Positions 42,381 to 54,633 are shown, counted from the stretch's first letter. The stretch: DNA of 64,000 nucleotides from an uncultured Actinomycetota bacterium (GCA_963758115.1 CAVWUG010000010.1:136237-200236); one strand, 5' to 3'. Program-made: numbers and translations. The notes: generated by a model not told the origin, from the sequence alone.

Positions 42381-43167
42381 ATCTGCCTGCGGCACAGGCC
42401 TTGCGGTGCGAGTAATTCCGTGCCTCGACGTCGACGACGGCCGGGTGGTCAAAGGAGTCAACTTCGCGAACCTGCGCGATGCCGGCGATCCGGTCGAACT
42501 GGCCGCGGCCTATGACGCCGAGGGCGCCGACGAGTTGACCTTCCTCGACGTCACCGCATCGTCGTCGGGGCGCACCACCATGCTCGACGTGGTACGCCGC
42601 ACCGCCGAGCAGGTGTTCATCCCGCTCACTGTCGGCGGTGGTGTGCGCACGGTCGCCGACGTCGACGTGTTATTGCGGGCGGGAGCCGACAAGGTGTCGA
42701 TCAACACCGCGGCCATCGCGCGACCAGATCTGCTGGCCGAGATGGCGGCCCAATTCGGCTCCCAGTGCATCGTGTTGTCGGTCGATGCCCGCACGGTGCC
42801 GGAAGGTTCGGACCCGACGCCGTCGGGGTGGGAGGTCACCACGCACGGCGGGCGGCGTGGCACCGGCATCGACGCCGTCGAGTGGGCAGCCCGCGGCGCC
42901 GAATTGGGAGTCGGTGAGATCCTGCTGAATTCGATGGATGCCGACGGCACCCGAGCCGGTTTCGATCTGCCGATGTTGCGGGCGGTCCGGGCAGCGGTGA
43001 CGGTGCCGGTGATCGCCAGTGGCGGCGCGGGTGCGGTCGACCATTTCGCACCCGCAGTGGCCGCCGGCGCCGATGCGGTGTTGGCCGCCAGCGTGTTTCA
43101 TTTCCGCCAGCTGACCATCGGCCAGGTGAAAGAGGCGATGGCCGCAGAAGGGATCACGGTGCGATGA
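42370..43167 (+). CDS. hisF: imidazole glycerol phosphate synthase, cyclase subunit
   Basis: [27 protein letters not shown]. Overlaps the impA end by 11 nt. Confidence 0.95.
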   Translation: MSTESACGTGLAVRVIPCLDVDDGRVVKGVNFANLRDAGDPVELAAAYDAEGADELTFLDVTASSSGRTTMLDVVRRTAEQVFIPLTVGGGVRTVADVDVLLRAGADKVSINTAAIARPDLLAEMAAQFGSQCIVLSVDARTVPEGSDPTPSGWEVTTHGGRRGTGIDAVEWAARGAELGVGEILLNSMDADGTRAGFDLPMLRAVRAAVTVPVIASGGAGAVDHFAPAVAAGADAVLAASVFHFRQLTIGQVKEAMAAEGITVR

Positions 43168-43511
43168 CGCTCGATCCGGCTATCGCGGCCCGGCTCAAAC
43201 GCAACGCCGACGGCCTGTTCACCGCCATCGTGCAGGAGCGCAGCAGCGGCGACGTGTTGATGGTCGCCTGGATGGACGACGACGCACTGGCGCGCACGCT
43301 GGAAACTCGCGAGGGCACCTACTTTTCCAGGTCGCGCGGCGAGCAGTGGGTCAAGGGCGCCACGTCCGGTCACACCCAGCACGTCCATTCGGTGCGGCTG
43401 GACTGCGACGGTGACGCGGTGCTGCTGGTGGTCGATCAGGTCGGCGCCGCCTGTCACACCGGCGACCACAGTTGCTTCGACGCCGATGTGCTGCTGGCAG
43501 CAGACGATTAG
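43164..43511 (+). CDS. hisI: phosphoribosyl-AMP cyclohydrolase
   Basis: ATGA overlap. [40 protein letters not shown]. Confidence 0.93.
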   Translation: MTLDPAIAARLKRNADGLFTAIVQERSSGDVLMVAWMDDDALARTLETREGTYFSRSRGEQWVKGATSGHTQHVHSVRLDCDGDAVLLVVDQVGAACHTGDHSCFDADVLLAADD

Positions 43512-43826
43512 CGACGGCAAGCGCATGCTTCGATTTCTTAATTATGTTTGCTGACTGCCGACGTTGACCGCCCGAATCCTTTACTTCGACTGGCAAACAC
43601 GATCCCGACGACACCTGAGATAACCCAAAACACAGGGCCCGGCCCCGCCAATCCACTGGGGGTCCGGAGGAGCGGGCAACTCGGCCGGTATACCGGCATT
43701 CAGGTCATTTTCGGCACGGCTAAACCGATAATGACCCCCATGGATGTCGCGCCAAATCGGAAGCACTGTTGCTAGCGTGTCCAACGCGGCATCGACGGCC
43801 GCCTGTTGAAACCTGAGAACTAGGCC

Positions 43827-46205
43827 ATGGGTGCAGTGGCACAAATACCGACGCTTCCGCGTCCACTCAATATCGCGGCGGCTCCCACCGCTACGTTCGT
43901 CGTGTTCGCCGTCTGGATGTCCGCAGGATGGGGCGGTCCATCCGTGATGGGCGCCGTGCACTCGGCCGCAGCTTTGGGATTCCCGTCGTTCGCCGCGGCG
44001 AGCGCCGCGCTCGCGGCGCGCCGACGTCATGGCCGGCAGCGGCAGGGCTGGGTGGTGATGGCCCTCGGCCTGGTGCCGTTACTGTTCGGCTCCGTCGCGG
44101 TGATTTATCACCGATTCTGGCGGGGCACCGTCGAGCCCCTGTACCCGCCGGTGGCGATGATCGGATTCATTGTCTTTCCGTTGGCCGCCTGCGTCGCGTT
44201 GCTGTTCTTCCCGGCCGGTTCTCCAGGAGTCGCCCGATTTCGAATGGTGCTGGACGGCACGATCGTCGGCGCGTCGCTGTTCGTCGTCGCGTGGGTGGCG
44301 GTGCTCCGAGATGTGTACGCGTCGACCGGAGATAAGAAAGTCAGCGCCGACGAAATTCTGTCGATCGCTTGCCCGGTGTCAGGCGTGGTGACCGTCACGG
44401 TGGCGGTCTTGGTGCTCGCTCGCGCAAGCGCATGCTGGCGCCGACCACTGACCGTGCTGACCATCGGACTGACCCTGATCGCTGCCTCGGGCAGTGCCTA
44501 CGTGTACCTGCTCACCCGGCACGTTTATCTCTTCGACAGCTACTTGGGCTTCGGCTGGCCGGCGGGGCTGGTCCTGCTGGGCATCGCCGCGCTCAGCAGC
44601 CCGTCGGAGACGCTCGACACGTCGGCCGAGCCGTCATCGACGAGCGCACCGATCTCGTTGTGGCTGCCCTACATTCCGCTTGCCGTCGCCGGTGGCCTCG
44701 AGCTCTTCGAACTCGGGAACACCCTGAAGTCTGACCCCGCACTCGCTGCGGCGCCCTGGCTGGTCATCGCGGTGCTGGCCCGCCAGTTCCTGGTCGTCGC
44801 CGAGAACCGGCGATTGCTGCACAGCGCCTCCGACCGTGCGCTGCGCGATCCACTGACAAATCTTGCCAACCGGATTCTGTTCCACGACCGTCTGGAGCAC
44901 GCGATCCAGCTCTACCGCCGCGATCACCGTTCGGTCGCCGTGCTGTCGATGGATCTCGATGACTTCAAACTCATCAACGACAACCTGGGCCATCCCGCCG
45001 GCGATGCGCTGCTGGTGCAAGCCGCGCAACGAATACTGAGCTGCGTGCGAACCGGTGACACCGTCGGCCGGCTCGGCGGTGATGAATTCGCCGTGCTCAT
45101 CGAAGATGCCGGGGAGAACGTCCATCTGATCGTCTACCAGATTATCGAGGCGTTCGAGCAACCGTTCACCATTGACGGCGAAGTCATGTTCATGCGACCC
45201 AGCGCCGGTCTGGCGCTCGCCAGCCTCGACGAGCCCGAACTGCGCGCATCTGACCTACTCAAACACGCTGACACGGCGATGTATTCGGCCAAACGGCTCG
45301 GAGGTGGCCTGCAAACCTTCAGCCCCGACATGCATCTGAGCGAGCACGATGGTCCCGGTCTTCCGGCATTCGAGGTTCAACCATCACGCAGAGGGTTGGT
45401 CGAGGTGCGGCTGCTCAGCGATCTCCGGCAGGCCATCAACCACCGCGCTCTGACAGTGCTGTACCAGCCGAAAGTGGACCTGCGCACCGCGGATGTGGTG
45501 GGCGTCGAGGCGTTGGTTCGGTGGCCGCATCCGGTATTCGGATTGGTGCGGCCCCAGCAGTTTCTGCCGCTGGTGCGCCAGCACGGTCTGATGCGCACCT
45601 TCACCGACGTGATCCTGGACCAGGCACTCGGCGACGCGGCCAGATGGCTACGCCGCGGGATCAATGTGCCGGTCGCGGTCAACCTGTTTCCGCCGCTGGC
45701 CGGCGATCTCAGCCTGCCGGGGCGGATCTTCGAGGCCTTGGAACGGCACGAACTGCCCGGCGACTCGCTGATCGTCGAGATCACCGAAGACATGCTGCTG
45801 GACAATATCGACCGAACCAGAGACGTGTTGGAAGCATTGCAAGAGAATAGAATTCACATCGCGCTGGACGATTTCGGCTCCGGCTACTCGGCGTTGACCT
45901 ACTTACGCAAGCTGCCCATCGACGAAGTCAAAGTCGACTACGACCTGATCGGACACGTGTTGACCGATCCGCGGGCCGAGGCCATCGTGCGGGCTGTCAT
46001 CGACCTGTCGCACGCCTTGAACCTGACTACGGTCGCAGAGGGCGTAGAAAACGCTCACACAGCCGAGTGGCTGCGCGTGCGGGGATGTGAAGTTGCCCAG
46101 GGCATTCTCTACAGTCCGCCCATCACGGCCTCCGCAATGCTGGACCTCATCGTGTCGTCGCCGCCGCGATCAGCTAACCCGATTCCAGCCCTTTGGCCGC
46201 GCTGA
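43827..46205 (+). CDS. membrane-anchored GGDEF-EAL protein (c-di-GMP synthase/phosphodiesterase)
   Basis: About 8-9 N-terminal TM helices. The GGDEF domain has RTGD (RxxD I-site) 5 residues before GGDEF. The EAL domain has [21 protein letters not shown] and AEGVEN. Confidence 0.85.
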   Translation: MGAVAQIPTLPRPLNIAAAPTATFVVFAVWMSAGWGGPSVMGAVHSAAALGFPSFAAASAALAARRRHGRQRQGWVVMALGLVPLLFGSVAVIYHRFWRGTVEPLYPPVAMIGFIVFPLAACVALLFFPAGSPGVARFRMVLDGTIVGASLFVVAWVAVLRDVYASTGDKKVSADEILSIACPVSGVVTVTVAVLVLARASACWRRPLTVLTIGLTLIAASGSAYVYLLTRHVYLFDSYLGFGWPAGLVLLGIAALSSPSETLDTSAEPSSTSAPISLWLPYIPLAVAGGLELFELGNTLKSDPALAAAPWLVIAVLARQFLVVAENRRLLHSASDRALRDPLTNLANRILFHDRLEHAIQLYRRDHRSVAVLSMDLDDFKLINDNLGHPAGDALLVQAAQRILSCVRTGDTVGRLGGDEFAVLIEDAGENVHLIVYQIIEAFEQPFTIDGEVMFMRPSAGLALASLDEPELRASDLLKHADTAMYSAKRLGGGLQTFSPDMHLSEHDGPGLPAFEVQPSRRGLVEVRLLSDLRQAINHRALTVLYQPKVDLRTADVVGVEALVRWPHPVFGLVRPQQFLPLVRQHGLMRTFTDVILDQALGDAARWLRRGINVPVAVNLFPPLAGDLSLPGRIFEALERHELPGDSLIVEITEDMLLDNIDRTRDVLEALQENRIHIALDDFGSGYSALTYLRKLPIDEVKVDYDLIGHVLTDPRAEAIVRAVIDLSHALNLTTVAEGVENAHTAEWLRVRGCEVAQGILYSPPITASAMLDLIVSSPPRSANPIPALWPR

Positions 46206-47664
46206 CTGCCGCCCGGGCCCATTCGTGAAGACGTAAGGCGGGCGCGATCCGGTCTTTCCGAATCAGTTCGGTGTTGACGCGAGTTCCCTTGGTGCCGTTG
46301 GTCATCACGGTCGGCGGCCGGAACGCGAACGTGTGGTTGGCGGTGTCGACGGCCAATAGGCCATCGGTATCGGTGAATCCGTTCGCCCGCATGGCGTTTT
46401 CAGCCCATCGAGCGGGTGTGAGCCCGCCGAAGTCGTCGACGTAGGCAACCCAGAGACGGACGTTGTCCCGGTTGTAGAGCTTCGAGAGAGCATCTTCGAC
46501 GGCGTCACGGCCCACATCGCTCAGCACACCGGACGGGTCGGTGATGTAGCGGGTGAGTTGAATCGACGGCGTGGCGGCGGAACCGGTGCCGGAGTCAGGC
46601 TGGCTTGTCTCCACCGCCGCGCCGTCGGCCGACTCATTCGCTCTGTGCCGCAACGCCTGTCCGCCGACGGCCAATGCGAGCAGCGCAACGGCCACAGCGG
46701 CCGAGATCAGCACCACACGTCGCGGGCCGCGGTGTGCGGGCTTCGGCGGCGCGGACTGAACCGGTGTCGAGACATGGGTGGTGGGCGCTGCGGCCACATC
46801 GCCAACAACGGTGTCGGCAGAGCCGACGCCGGGGCGGCCCGACAGTGCCGCCGCGAAATCTGAACAGCTCGGGTAGCGATCCGCGCGGTCTTTCGCCAGA
46901 ACCCTGGCCATCACGGCGTCGAGGTCGGCGAGGTCGGATCGCCGCTGGCTGATCAGCGGCGGCGGCGCGGAGAGGTGGTGGGAGATCACCACCGCCGCAT
47001 TCGTGTCGTCGTATGGCGCCTTGCCGGTCAGCAGCTGGAAAGCTGTGCAGCCCAACGCATATTGGTCGGCACGCCCGTCGATGTCTTTACCCAAGAGTTG
47101 CTCGGGGGCGGCGTAGGCCGTTGTGCCCATCACCATGTTGGTCGCGGTCAGGCCGCTGATGTCGCCGACCTGACGGGCAATACCGAAGTCTGCCAGCAGG
47201 ATCCGCCGTCCTCGCGCGTCGGCATCGCTCAGCAGGATGTTGGCGGGCTTGATGTCGCGGTGCAGCAATCCACGTAGGTGGGCGTAGTCGAGCGCATCAG
47301 CGACCGCGCTGACGATCGCAAACGCCTCGGCTCGCGGCATTCCAGACGGGTACCGGCTGCGCAGCAACTCGGCGGCGTCGGTTCCCTCGACGTAATCCAT
47401 CGTCAGCCAGAGTTGTCCCTCGAACTCGCCGCGATCGTGGATGCCGACGATATGCGGATGGAACAGCTCGGCGGCGATATCCGCTTCCCGGCCGAACCGC
47501 TGCCGGAACTCGTGGTCCGCTGTCAACGATGCGGGTAGCACCTTCAGGGCGTCTTTGCGGGGAAGGCGCGGGTGCTGCGCCAGGTAGACCTCACCCATCC
47601 CGCCGGATCCCAGGCGGCGAATGATCGTGTATCCGGCGAACACGTCTCCGTTGTTCAGCGGCAT
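46174..47664 (-). CDS. transmembrane Ser/Thr protein kinase with extracytoplasmic TPM domain
   Basis: Hanks motifs [32 protein letters not shown]. One TM helix ([17 protein letters not shown]). The C-terminal part [10 protein letters not shown]...[11 protein letters not shown]...[16 protein letters not shown] resembles TPM (PF04536). Confidence 0.85.
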   Translation of the reverse strand: MPLNNGDVFAGYTIIRRLGSGGMGEVYLAQHPRLPRKDALKVLPASLTADHEFRQRFGREADIAAELFHPHIVGIHDRGEFEGQLWLTMDYVEGTDAAELLRSRYPSGMPRAEAFAIVSAVADALDYAHLRGLLHRDIKPANILLSDADARGRRILLADFGIARQVGDISGLTATNMVMGTTAYAAPEQLLGKDIDGRADQYALGCTAFQLLTGKAPYDDTNAAVVISHHLSAPPPLISQRRSDLADLDAVMARVLAKDRADRYPSCSDFAAALSGRPGVGSADTVVGDVAAAPTTHVSTPVQSAPPKPAHRGPRRVVLISAAVAVALLALAVGGQALRHRANESADGAAVETSQPDSGTGSAATPSIQLTRYITDPSGVLSDVGRDAVEDALSKLYNRDNVRLWVAYVDDFGGLTPARWAENAMRANGFTDTDGLLAVDTANHTFAFRPPTVMTNGTKGTRVNTELIRKDRIAPALRLHEWARAAVSAAKGLESG

Positions 47665-47677
47665 GCCGACGTGCCCG

Positions 47678-48136
47678 TCAGACGCGGGCGCGCAATGTCT
47701 GCAGTGCTTTGTCGGCGTGCGTGTCCATGCTCAACTCGCTGGAGATGACGTCGAGCACGGTGCGATCGGTGCCGATCACGAAGGTGGTGCGCTTAACCGG
47801 TATCAACTTGCCCAGAAGCCCTCGCTTGACACCGAACTGGGCGGCGATCGCACCGTTCGTGTCGGACAGCAACGGGTAGTCGAAGCTCTGGGAATCAGCG
47901 AACTTGGCCTGCTTTTCAACCGGGTCCACGCTGATGCCGACCCGGTTGGCGCCGACGGAAGCGAATTCCTGGGCCAGGTCCCGGAAGTGGCAGGCTTCCT
48001 TGGTGCACCCGGGTGTCATCGCTGCCGGGTAGAAGAACAACACCACGGGACCGTCGGCCAGCAGTGTGCTCAACTTGCGCGGGGTACCAGTCTGGTCGGG
48101 AAGCTCGAAGTCAACCACGGTGTCACCGGTTTTCAT
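47678..48136 (-). CDS. bcp: peroxiredoxin (Bcp-type thiol peroxidase)
   Basis: [16 protein letters not shown] peroxidatic-Cys motif. Start trimmed to ATG 48136 ([14 protein letters not shown]). Confidence 0.88.
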   Translation of the reverse strand: MKTGDTVVDFELPDQTGTPRKLSTLLADGPVVLFFYPAAMTPGCTKEACHFRDLAQEFASVGANRVGISVDPVEKQAKFADSQSFDYPLLSDTNGAIAAQFGVKRGLLGKLIPVKRTTFVIGTDRTVLDVISSELSMDTHADKALQTLRARV

Positions 48137-48196
48137 GGGCGTCACGCTACGCCAGTGGTGATCAGAGCCCATCTGCCCGTCTGGGAAGATGTCTAA

Positions 48197-49741
48197 GTGC
48201 CCGCCAACCTCGACGCCGCGACGACCTCGCGGGAGCATTTCCGCGCGCTGGCGGCTGAGCATCGCGTCGTGCCGGTGACCCGCAAAGTCCTGGCGGACGC
48301 CGAGACGCCGCTGTCCGCTTACCGCAAACTCGCCGCCAACCGGCCGGGCACGTTCCTGTTGGAGTCGGCCGAGAACGGGCGGTCGTGGTCGCGGTGGTCC
48401 TTCATCGGCGCCGGGTCGCCGTCGGCGCTGACGGTGCGCGACGGTCACGCTGTGTGGTTGGGGGAGGCGCCGCATGACGCGCCCACCGGCGGGGATCCGC
48501 TGGAAGCCCTGCAGGCGACCCTGGATCTGCTGGCCACGGCCGCGTTGCCGGGTCTGCCGCCGCTGTCGGGCGGCATGGTCGGCTTCTTCGCCTACGACCT
48601 GGTGCGGCGGCTGGAGCGGCTACCGGAGTTGGCGGTCGATGACCTCCACCTGCCGGACATGCTGTTGCTGCTCGCCACCGATCTGGCGGCCGTCGACCAC
48701 CACGAGGGCACCATCACGTTGATCGCCAACGCGGTCAACTGGAATGGCACCGACGAGCGCGTCGACGAGGCCTACGACGACGCGATCGCGCGACTGGAAG
48801 TGATGACCGCCGCGCTCGGGCAGCCGTTGCCGTCGACCGTCGCGACGTTCAGTCGGCCGGAGCCGCAGCATCGCTCGCAGCGGACGGTGGAGGAATACGG
48901 CGCGATCGTCGACCGTCTCGTCCGGGAGATCGAGCGCGGCGAGGCATTTCAAGTGGTGCCGTCGCAGCGTTTCGAGATGGACACCGACGTCGAGGCGATC
49001 GACGTCTATCGGATGCTGCGGGTGTCCAACCCCAGCCCGTACATGTATCTGTTGCATGTGCCGAATGATGAAGGTGGAACGGCTTTTTCGATTGCGGGAT
49101 CGAGTCCCGAGGCGTTGGTGACCGTGCAGGACGGCCGGGCGACGACACATCCGATCGCCGGCACCAGGTGGCGCGGCGAGAGCGATGAAGAGGATCAGCT
49201 GCTGGAAAAGGAGCTGCTGGCCGACGAGAAGGAACGCGCTGAACACCTGATGCTGGTCGACCTCGGCCGCAACGACCTAGGCCGGGTGTGCGTGCCCGGC
49301 AGCGTTCGCGTCGAGGACTACAGCCACATCGAGCGCTACAGCCACGTCATGCATCTGGTGTCCACGGTGACCGGCATGCTCGCCGAGAATCGCACCGCCT
49401 TGGATGCGGTGACGGCGTGTTTTCCGGCCGGCACGCTGTCCGGCGCCCCGAAGGTCCGCGCGATGGAACTGATCGAGGAAGTGGAGAAGACCCGGCGCGG
49501 CCTGTACGGCGGCGTGCTCGGCTACCTCGACTTCGCCGGCAACGCCGATTTCGCGATCGCGATCCGCACCGCCCTGATGCGCGACGGCACCGCCTATGTG
49601 CAGGCCGGCGGCGGGGTAGTGGCCGACTCCAGCGGGCCCTATGAGTACACCGAGGCGAGCAATAAAGCGCGGGCAGTGCTCAGCGCGATTGCCGCGGCTC
49701 AGACGCTGAGCACGCCGGATGCGCCTGCCCACGATGGCTGA
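48197..49741 (+). CDS. trpE: anthranilate synthase component I
   Basis: Colinear with mycobacterial TrpE ([43 protein letters not shown]). GTG start. Confidence 0.95.
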   Translation: MPANLDAATTSREHFRALAAEHRVVPVTRKVLADAETPLSAYRKLAANRPGTFLLESAENGRSWSRWSFIGAGSPSALTVRDGHAVWLGEAPHDAPTGGDPLEALQATLDLLATAALPGLPPLSGGMVGFFAYDLVRRLERLPELAVDDLHLPDMLLLLATDLAAVDHHEGTITLIANAVNWNGTDERVDEAYDDAIARLEVMTAALGQPLPSTVATFSRPEPQHRSQRTVEEYGAIVDRLVREIERGEAFQVVPSQRFEMDTDVEAIDVYRMLRVSNPSPYMYLLHVPNDEGGTAFSIAGSSPEALVTVQDGRATTHPIAGTRWRGESDEEDQLLEKELLADEKERAEHLMLVDLGRNDLGRVCVPGSVRVEDYSHIERYSHVMHLVSTVTGMLAENRTALDAVTACFPAGTLSGAPKVRAMELIEEVEKTRRGLYGGVLGYLDFAGNADFAIAIRTALMRDGTAYVQAGGGVVADSSGPYEYTEASNKARAVLSAIAAAQTLSTPDAPAHDG

Positions 49742-50405
49742 TACCCAGCCCGGCCGGCGGACCATCCGCGTCGCCCAGATCCTGCTCGTGCTCGCCGCCG
49801 CCGGATTGTGGGCGGCATCGCGGTTGACCTGGGTCGAACTGCGCACTTTCGACGGACTGGGCCCGCCCAAACTCGCCACGCTGTCCGGTACGCAGTGGTC
49901 GTCGGGGCTGCTTCCGCTGGCGCTGGTGCTGTTGGCCGCCGCCGTCGCCGTGCTGGCGGTTCGGGGATGGGCGCTGCGGGTTCTCGCGGTGCTGGTGGCG
50001 CTGGCAAGCCTGGCCACGGGGTATCTGGCGGTCAGCACGCTGGAGATTCGGGACGTGGCCGTGCGGGCAGCCGATCTGGTGCATGTTCCGCTGCTCGAAT
50101 TGGTCGGCAGCACGCGACATCACGCGGGTCCGGTCATCACTCTGGTGACCGCGGTCTGCGCGCTGGTGAGTGCCGCGTTGCTGATGCGTGCGGCGACCAC
50201 GGCGGGCGGCACGTCCACGAAATATGTGACCCCCGGGACGCGCCGGTCCATGGTGCGGCGCAACGGTAATGACGACACAGCGATGTCGGAGCGGACCATG
50301 TGGGACGCCCTCGACGAGGGCCATGACCCCACTGACTCATCCGTTCGGTCGACTTCGACGCCAGACGGCGATCCACCACCTGAACCTGACACCGAGGGTC
50401 GGTGA
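49734..50405 (+). CDS. Trp-biosynthesis-associated membrane protein (Rv1610-like)
   Basis: Four hydrophobic helices. Lies between trpE and trpC, as in other actinobacteria. ATG 49734 overlaps the trpE end by 8 nt; GTG 49719 is also possible. Confidence 0.75.
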   Translation: MADTQPGRRTIRVAQILLVLAAAGLWAASRLTWVELRTFDGLGPPKLATLSGTQWSSGLLPLALVLLAAAVAVLAVRGWALRVLAVLVALASLATGYLAVSTLEIRDVAVRAADLVHVPLLELVGSTRHHAGPVITLVTAVCALVSAALLMRAATTAGGTSTKYVTPGTRRSMVRRNGNDDTAMSERTMWDALDEGHDPTDSSVRSTSTPDGDPPPEPDTEGR

Positions 50406-50487
50406 TGGACCGCATGCCGGCGCTCGCTACCCTTCGAAGGACGTCGTCAAGAAATGTGGCGGGCGCCCGGGGAGAGGAACCGACAGC

Positions 50488-51306
50488 ATGAGCTCGGCTA
50501 GCGTGCTCGACTCCATCATCGAGGGAGTCCGTGCCGACGTTGCCGCTCGTGAGGCTGTCGTGAGCATGTCCGAGATCAAGGCGGCCGCCGAAGCCGTGCC
50601 GGCACCCCGTGACGTCCTGGCTGCACTGCGCGAGCCCGGCATCGGCGTCATCGCCGAGGTGAAGCGGGCCAGCCCGTCAGCAGGGGAACTCGCGTCGATC
50701 TCCGACCCGGCCAAACTCGCTCGCGCCTACGAAGACGGTGGCGCACGGATCATCAGCGTGCTGACCGAAGAACGCCGCTTTCACGGCAGCTTGGACGACC
50801 TTGACGCCGTGCGCGCGGCCGTGTCGATACCGGTGTTGCGTAAAGACTTTGTGGTGGGCCCCTACCAGGTTCACGAGGCCCGCGCGCATGGCGCCGACAT
50901 GCTGCTGCTGATCGTTGCGGCGCTGGAACAGTCTGCGCTGGAATCGATGCTGGAGCGCACCGAGTCGCTCGGCATGACCGCACTTGTCGAGGTGCACACC
51001 GAGCAGGAAGCCGACCGCGCTTTGACGGCCGGGGCCCGGGTGATCGGCGTCAACGCTCGCGATCTGCGGACGCTGCGGGTCGATCGGGATTGCTTCGCGC
51101 GGATCGCTCCTGGGCTGCCCTCGGGTGTGATCCGGATTGCCGAATCGGGTGTCCGCGGCACCGGTGACCTGCTCGCCTACGCCGGAGCGGGTGCTGACGC
51201 AGTGCTCGTGGGTGAGGGTCTGGTCAAGAGCGGCGATCCCCGTGCCGCTGTCGCCGACCTGGTCACCGCTGGTAAGCATCCCTCCTGCCCCAAGCCGTCC
51301 CGCTAG
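50488..51306 (+). CDS. trpC: indole-3-glycerol phosphate synthase
   Basis: [48 protein letters not shown] lies upstream of ATG 50488. 272 aa. Confidence 0.93.
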   Translation: MSSASVLDSIIEGVRADVAAREAVVSMSEIKAAAEAVPAPRDVLAALREPGIGVIAEVKRASPSAGELASISDPAKLARAYEDGGARIISVLTEERRFHGSLDDLDAVRAAVSIPVLRKDFVVGPYQVHEARAHGADMLLLIVAALEQSALESMLERTESLGMTALVEVHTEQEADRALTAGARVIGVNARDLRTLRVDRDCFARIAPGLPSGVIRIAESGVRGTGDLLAYAGAGADAVLVGEGLVKSGDPRAAVADLVTAGKHPSCPKPSR

Positions 51307-51347
51307 GCGCGGAATCCGATGAGCCGCTTGTGCGTTGAGCGTTCGTG

Positions 51348-52616
51348 ATGGCAGATACCTTGGGCCCGGAGCTACCGCGTTCGAGCGCCGCCATCGCCGA
51401 ACCGACCCACCACGACCCCGACGCTCGTGGCCATTTCGGTGTGTACGGCGGGCGGTATGTGGCGGAAGCCCTGATGGCGGTGATCGAGGAAGTCACCGCG
51501 GCCTATGAGAAGGTCCGTGCCGACCAGGCGTACCTCGACGAGCTCGACAAGCTGCAGACCCACTACACCGGTAGGCCTTCGCCGCTGTATGAGGCGCTTC
51601 GGCTCAGCGAGCGCGCCGGCGGCGCGCGGATATTCCTCAAACGAGAAGACCTGAACCACACCGGGTCTCACAAGATCAACAATGTGTTGGGTCAGGCACT
51701 GCTGGCTCGCCAGATGGGCAAGACCCGGGTGATCGCCGAGACCGGTGCCGGTCAGCACGGCGTGGCAACCGCCACCGCCTGTGCGCTGCTCGGTCTGGAC
51801 TGCGTGATCTACATGGGCGCTGTCGACACCCAGCGCCAAGCGCTGAACGTGGCTCGGATGAGACTGCTGGGCGCCGAGGTTATTTCCGTCGAGTCGGGTT
51901 CAAAAACGCTGAAGGACGCGATCAACGATGCGTTCCGCGACTGGGTCACCAACGCCGACAACACGTACTACTGCTTCGGCACCGCCGCCGGCCCGCACCC
52001 GTTCCCTACCATGGTCCGCGACTTCCAGCGGATCATCGGCCTGGAGACTCGTGTCCAGATCCAAGATCAGGCCGGGCGACTACCCGACGCCGTCACCGCA
52101 TGCGTGGGTGGGGGATCGAACGCGATCGGGATCTTCCACGCATTCCTGGACGACCCCGGCGTGCGCCTGGTGGGCTATGAGGCCGCCGGCGACGGCGTCG
52201 AAACCGGCCGTCACGCAGCGACATTCACCGGGGGCTCGCCAGGGGCGTTCCAAGGATCGTTCTCGTTCCTGCTGCAGGACGACGACGGGCAGACCATCGA
52301 GTCGCACTCGATCTCGGCCGGCCTGGATTATCCCGGGGTAGGCCCGGAACACGCGTGGCTCAAAGATACCGGCCGGGCCGAGTACCGGCCGATCACCGAC
52401 AGCGAGGCGATGGATGCGTTCGGTCTGCTGTGCCGCACCGAGGGCATCATCCCGGCAATCGAATCCGCGCACGCAGTCGCCGGTGCGCTCAAGCTGGGAA
52501 AGGAAATGGGCAGCGGCGCAATCATTGTCGTGAACCTGTCCGGTCGCGGGGACAAAGATGTCGAGACCGCTGCTCAGTGGTTCGGCCTGATGCCCTCCGG
52601 TGATGGGGCCTCATGA
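51348..52616 (+). CDS. trpB: tryptophan synthase beta chain
   Basis: [16 protein letters not shown] (PLP lysine), [21 protein letters not shown] 51345 is also possible. Confidence 0.95.
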   Translation: MADTLGPELPRSSAAIAEPTHHDPDARGHFGVYGGRYVAEALMAVIEEVTAAYEKVRADQAYLDELDKLQTHYTGRPSPLYEALRLSERAGGARIFLKREDLNHTGSHKINNVLGQALLARQMGKTRVIAETGAGQHGVATATACALLGLDCVIYMGAVDTQRQALNVARMRLLGAEVISVESGSKTLKDAINDAFRDWVTNADNTYYCFGTAAGPHPFPTMVRDFQRIIGLETRVQIQDQAGRLPDAVTACVGGGSNAIGIFHAFLDDPGVRLVGYEAAGDGVETGRHAATFTGGSPGAFQGSFSFLLQDDDGQTIESHSISAGLDYPGVGPEHAWLKDTGRAEYRPITDSEAMDAFGLLCRTEGIIPAIESAHAVAGALKLGKEMGSGAIIVVNLSGRGDKDVETAAQWFGLMPSGDGAS

Positions 52617-53425
52617 CCGTCGAGCAGAGCGAAAAGAGCGGCTTGGCTGAGCTTTTCGGCGCCTGCGCGCGCGAGGACCGTGCGGCGCTCATCGGGTATC
52701 TACCGACCGGCTACCCCGATGTCGCGGCGTCGATCGAGGCGATGAAGGCGCTGACCGAGTCCGGGTGCGACGTGATCGAGGTCGGCGTGCCGTACTCCGA
52801 TCCGGGGATGGACGGCCCGACCATCGCGACAGCGGCGGAGGTCGCGTTGCGAGGGGGAGTACGTGTCCGCGACACCTTGGCCGCGGTCGAGGCGATCAGC
52901 GGGGCCGGTGGTCGTGCCGTGGTCATGACCTACTGGAATCCCATCCTGCGCTACGGAGTCGACGCCTTCGCGCGCGACTTGGCCGCGGCGGGTGGCCACG
53001 GGTTGATCACTCCGGACCTCATTCCCGACGAGGCCGACGACTGGCTGGCGGCATCCGACGAGCATCACCTCGATCGGATCTTCCTGGTTGCGCCGTCATC
53101 GACGCCGCAGCGCTTGGCGAGCACCGTCGAGGCATCGCGCGGATTTGTCTACGCGGCGTCGATCATGGGGGTCACCGGTGCGCGGGACGTGGTCTCCAAC
53201 GCGGCGCCCGAATTGGTGGGCCGGGTCAAAGCCGTCTCCGAAATCGCCGTCGGCGTCGGCCTGGGTGTGCGGTCGCGCGAGCAGGCGGCTCAGATCGCGA
53301 GCTATGCCGACGGCGTCATCGTGGGCTCGGCGCTGGTCACCGCACTGACCGCGGGACTGCCGACGATGCGGGCACTGACCGAAGAACTCGCCGCCGGTGT
53401 GCGCCAGAGGATTTCCGAGTCATGA
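52613..53425 (+). CDS. trpA: tryptophan synthase alpha chain
   Basis: ATGA overlap with trp[31 protein letters not shown]. Confidence 0.95.
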   Translation: MTVEQSEKSGLAELFGACAREDRAALIGYLPTGYPDVAASIEAMKALTESGCDVIEVGVPYSDPGMDGPTIATAAEVALRGGVRVRDTLAAVEAISGAGGRAVVMTYWNPILRYGVDAFARDLAAAGGHGLITPDLIPDEADDWLAASDEHHLDRIFLVAPSSTPQRLASTVEASRGFVYAASIMGVTGARDVVSNAAPELVGRVKAVSEIAVGVGLGVRSREQAAQIASYADGVIVGSALVTALTAGLPTMRALTEELAAGVRQRISES

Positions 53426-54633
53426 CGACAACGGTCATCGCGTACTTTCCGAGCCCGCCACAGGGGGTGTGGCACGTAGGCCCGGTACCGCTTCGCGCTT
53501 ACGCGCTGTTCATCATCGTCGGGATCATCGCCGCACTGATGATCGGCGATCGACGGTGGGAAGCTCGCGGCGGTGAACGCGGCGTCATTTACGACATCGC
53601 GCTGTGGGCAGTGCCTTTCGGCCTCATCGGCGGCCGGTTGTATCACCTGGCGACGGACTGGCGCACATATTTCGGCGACGGCGGTGCCGGACCGGCTGCG
53701 GCACTGCGCATCTGGGACGGCGGCCTAGGAATCTGGGGCGCGGTCGCATTGGGCGGTGTGGGCGCGTGGATCGCCTGCCGGCGCCGCGACATTCCACTTC
53801 CGGCGTTCGGCGATGCGATCGCGCCCGGCATCATCCTGGCGCAGGCGATCGGCCGGCTCGGAAACTACTTCAACCAAGAGCTTTTCGGCCGTGAAACCAC
53901 GATGCCGTGGGGTCTTGAGATCTTCTACCGACGCGACCCGGCGGGTTTCGTCGATGTGCATTCGCTCGACGGGGTGTCGACCGGACAACTGGCGATGGTT
54001 GTCCAACCGACATTCCTCTACGAATTGCTATGGAACCTGCTGGTCTTCGCGCTGCTGATCGTGCTGGACCGCCGGCTCACCCTCGGGCACGGCCGGCTGT
54101 TCGCGCTGTATGTGGCGGGCTACTGCATCGGTCGGTTCTGGATCGAGTTGCTGCGCGATGACACCGCGACGCACGTCGCCGGAATTCGGGTCAACTCCTT
54201 CACGTCCACCTTCGTCCTCATCGGCGCTGTGGTGTACCTGATCCTGGCGCCCAAGGGCCGCGAGGATCCGGCGACGCTGAGCGGGTCAGCCGCCGAGTTG
54301 CTCGAGCCGGACACCGAGGATGACGACGAGACCGAAACCGAGGCGGAGACGGCGACTGACGCCGCCGAGGCTGACGCCGATACGACGGTGGCCGATCAAC
54401 CGGACGCCGAGGCTGAGGCTGTCGTTGAAGAAGCCGCCGCCGCCGCGGAAGCCGACCCGCCCGTCGTGGAAGTGGCCGCGGCCCCTGCAGAGGACGCCGC
54501 GGCCGAAGCTGAAAAGCCCTCCGAAGACGAGGCAGAGCAACCCGACACGCCCGCCGAATCCGACGATGCCGAACCCGAGGCCGACTCAACGGACGAAGCC
54601 TCCGACGTCGCCGCAGAGCCAGCCGAGGACTGA
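53422..54633 (+). CDS. lgt: prolipoprotein diacylglyceryl transferase with acidic C-terminal tail
   Basis: ATGA overlap with trpA. Lgt motifs GGRLYH, GLGIWGAV, GRLGNYFNQELFG, then a 125-aa D/E/A-rich tail. The 622-aa track ORF is an out-of-frame extension over trpA. Confidence 0.9.
   Translation: MTTTVIAYFPSPPQGVWHVGPVPLRAYALFIIVGIIAALMIGDRRWEARGGERGVIYDIALWAVPFGLIGGRLYHLATDWRTYFGDGGAGPAAALRIWDGGLGIWGAVALGGVGAWIACRRRDIPLPAFGDAIAPGIILAQAIGRLGNYFNQELFGRETTMPWGLEIFYRRDPAGFVDVHSLDGVSTGQLAMVVQPTFLYELLWNLLVFALLIVLDRRLTLGHGRLFALYVAGYCIGRFWIELLRDDTATHVAGIRVNSFTSTFVLIGAVVYLILAPKGREDPATLSGSAAELLEPDTEDDDETETEAETATDAAEADADTTVADQPDAEAEAVVEEAAAAAEADPPVVEVAAAPAEDAAAEAEKPSEDEAEQPDTPAESDDAEPEADSTDEASDVAAEPAED

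Noticed and set aside
43512-43826. ORFs 43548-43775 (+) and 43581-44030 (-) in the hisI / GGDEF-EAL intergenic region.
   Set aside because: They have no motifs, atypical composition and overlap each other. The region is more likely the promoter and leader of the GGDEF-EAL gene.
48135-48161. Mini-[11 protein letters not shown]-stop upstream of trpE as a possible tryptophan attenuation leader peptide.
   Set aside because: It has only a single Trp codon and no obvious alternative terminator/antiterminator hairpins in the 60-nt gap. It also overlaps the divergent bcp start codon, so support is insufficient.
52765-53421. Upstream extension of the lgt ORF (622-aa form).
   Set aside because: It lies entirely inside trpA in another frame and is Arg/Gly-rich. 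The ATGA coupling at 53422 gives the canonical Lgt N-terminus.
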